A stretch of 64,000 nt of DNA, from assembly GCA_030704615.1 (NCBI GenBank), contig CM060734.1, forward strand, positions 38,998,001-39,062,000, read 5' to 3'. A program made the position numbers and the translations under genes. Of the stretch, positions 61,820 to 64,000 are shown piece after piece. Each line of letters opens with the position of its first letter. Position 1 is the stretch's first letter. This stretch comes from Takakia lepidozioides (taxonomy: Eukaryota > Plantae > Bryophyta). The notes under the pieces were generated by a model, which worked only from the letters and a program-made list of their open reading frames with translations, had not been told where the DNA came from and did not search any database.

Positions 61820-63619
61820 TTATAGACAGCCTCAGCGATATAGGAGCCCCAAACACAATGTGACAAGTAGAAGACAAAAAGAAAACCTTAAACAAATCAA
61901 ATCCCAAACATTGCTCCGGGACAGAGATCTGCAATATACCAATCTGCTTGCCGCCATTTCTTAAAGTCATCCTTAATGTCAAAGTCTTCATTGTTGACAG
62001 CATCATTGTAGAATGTGGTGTAGCTTAAATGCTGGATTCTTTCATTTATTGAGTCTGCAAACTTTTGTAAAGGACTCCCATCTTGACAGACTTCCAACCA
62101 ACCACTGGACCAAGGATCGGACATTGTAATTATGAGCAAAACAGCAACGTTTTCTCAGAATTTCTTTCTCAATCATGAGAAAATTGTGAGAAAACTTTCT
62201 AAGAAATTGGCACTGCCGGCTCTACCTCTCTTGCCCACACCGCCCAGGAGACCCAGCAGCCTGGTCTACGGTTTGGGCAGACCGAAGATATGGGGCCTGG
62301 AAAGACCACCCACAAGTCTGCTGGTCCAGCCTGCCCGGGAACGTTGCACCTACTTTGGTTTGGCATTCACCCACCAGTCTGCCCACCCCAAGACGATCCG
62401 CGGTTCTTCCCCTTTTTCTTCAGATATGTGCAGACATGACGGATAACATCAAGTATTTGGGAAGCCGAAGAAAAGTGGTTGAATGCCATGCGTGATGGTG
62501 ATGCGGGCAACATACTTGTCGAGGTAATGCTATCAAACCATTCTGCATTTTTTTGGGACTACTGTCGATTAGTCTGCTGAACTTCAGCAGACTATGCACG
62601 TCCATAGTCTGTTAGTTATTCTGCCCTAGTCTCCGGAGTCTGCTAAAGGCAGTGGTCTGCTCAATGCCATGGTCTGCTGAGTCTTGTGGTATGCTGAGAG
62701 ATCTTAGAGCTCCGAATGCCCAATGGATCATGTGTGTTCTGCTGCATAGCAGCCAGCTCCCGTATGAACCGACTTGTGGTGAAGCCGACAGACCTATTTC
62801 TTGTGTTGTCGCGTAGTCTGCTCATCTGTGGAAGACTTCAGTAGACTGTCCCCTGGTTTTCATGACCCTGCACAGCCAGGACAACCTCTCTAGCAGCCCT
62901 GGCAAGGGAGTCGAAGCACTCAGCATGCAATTTCCAGGTCCCGCAGTCCGCCCTGCATGGAACACAAAAAACGATATAAACAAATGCGGGGGAGGATTGG
63001 CGGGGGGGAAGCAGTGAATGAGACAGAGCAGCGCGCGAGTACCTTCTAGCAGATTTCCAACAAGTCCGATGTCCTTAATTTGGCGGTCCAGCATTACGGA
63101 ATCAAGGTGGGCAAGTGCGGAACTGCGGTCGTGATGCGGAGAGTCAGACCACAATACTCTGAACACGTCTGGTTTGAGCAAGACAATATCAAACACAGCA
63201 CGCTCCATTACATACGAGAACCACAACATAGCCTCATCTACAACAGACTCTCGTGCTTGTGATCCGTCTGTTACAGACTCTCCTGCCTGTGATCCATGTA
63301 GGAAGTCTTGCCGAAGAGTAGGCAAGTCCTTCAGCAACTTCTTGTATGATGTGAAATTTCCAAATTGCATCCACCGATGCTGCAGGAATGATGATGCCAT
63401 TCGGTCGAAGTGGACCGCAGTCACTGCGCACAAGTGCTTCTTGCGGACACCGAACGTTGGGTGTGCCATAGCCATATGCCGCACCTCCTCCGGGCGAGGG
63501 TCAACCATAAGGAGGAGCTGAACAAGGAGTGACGGTTCATTTCCTTCACTCAAAGAAGAAACAACAACTTTCCCTACTTGCTCCAGAACATGGTTGGCTT
63601 CTTCCGTAGTATACTCCAT
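61820..63619 (-). pseudogene. Unknown gene-like fragments, probably a TE accessory gene
   Basis: ORFs 62822..63619 (265 aa) and 61897..62139 have protein-like composition and lie in CAGAC/GTCTG-rich DNA like 52-55 kb; no family recognised. Confidence 0.35.
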
Positions 63620-64000
63620 GGAATAGAGATAAGGGACAAAGGGCCACCTCCGGCCTGTTACAATGTGGTGCAGGTCATTGTATCAGTCCACATGGGCACT
63701 TGTGTCACCAATCCTGAAGCGGGGAAGTGTAGGATCCTCTGCGTTCTTCGGCGCCACCGGTAACAGCGATCTCCACACCCCAAAAATGCCCACAATGGAG
63801 GGGAAATGGGCATAGTCTTCACCCTATCCAATTGGCCCAGTCTCAGGTATGAGGTCTGCTGAGGCGTGCGTCGGTCTGCCCAGGTGCGAGGAGTCCTGCT
63901 CATGATTGCTGGCGTGTGCTTCACTGTGGTTTGGTGTGATGAGGTCTGCTAGGGTCTCTTGAGGTCTGTCGTGGTCTGTTGTGGTCTCCTGAGGAGTGAT

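Overview
Repeat-rich eukaryotic nuclear DNA, most likely from a non-seed land plant (spliceosomal genes, PLS-class PPR fragments, TTTAGGG-like repeats); the host is inferred, not proven. Two intact host genes sit head-to-head: a TIM21-like mitochondrial inner-membrane protein and mitochondrial-type ribosomal protein uL13. They lie inside a ~4.2-kb inverted duplication that carries an orphan secreted Cys-rich gene (one intact copy, one frameshifted). The rest is transposon sequence: a Ty3/Gypsy LTR retrotransposon (1-~9918, minus), a stack of four RTE-X-like LINE insertions in one (TC)n microsatellite, L1 fragments, a complete 10.1-kb PIF/Harbinger element (TIRs, TAA TSD, Myb + DDE genes, nested LINE) and a cluster of MULE/SWIM elements with unknown accessory genes. 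Main finding: the Gypsy gag-pol frame contains a complete DNMT3-like C5-cytosine DNA methyltransferase domain (motifs I-X, ~3250-4195) in frame between the aspartic protease and the reverse transcriptase, i.e. a retrotransposon encoding its own DNA methyltransferase. This copy is decayed by in-frame stops.
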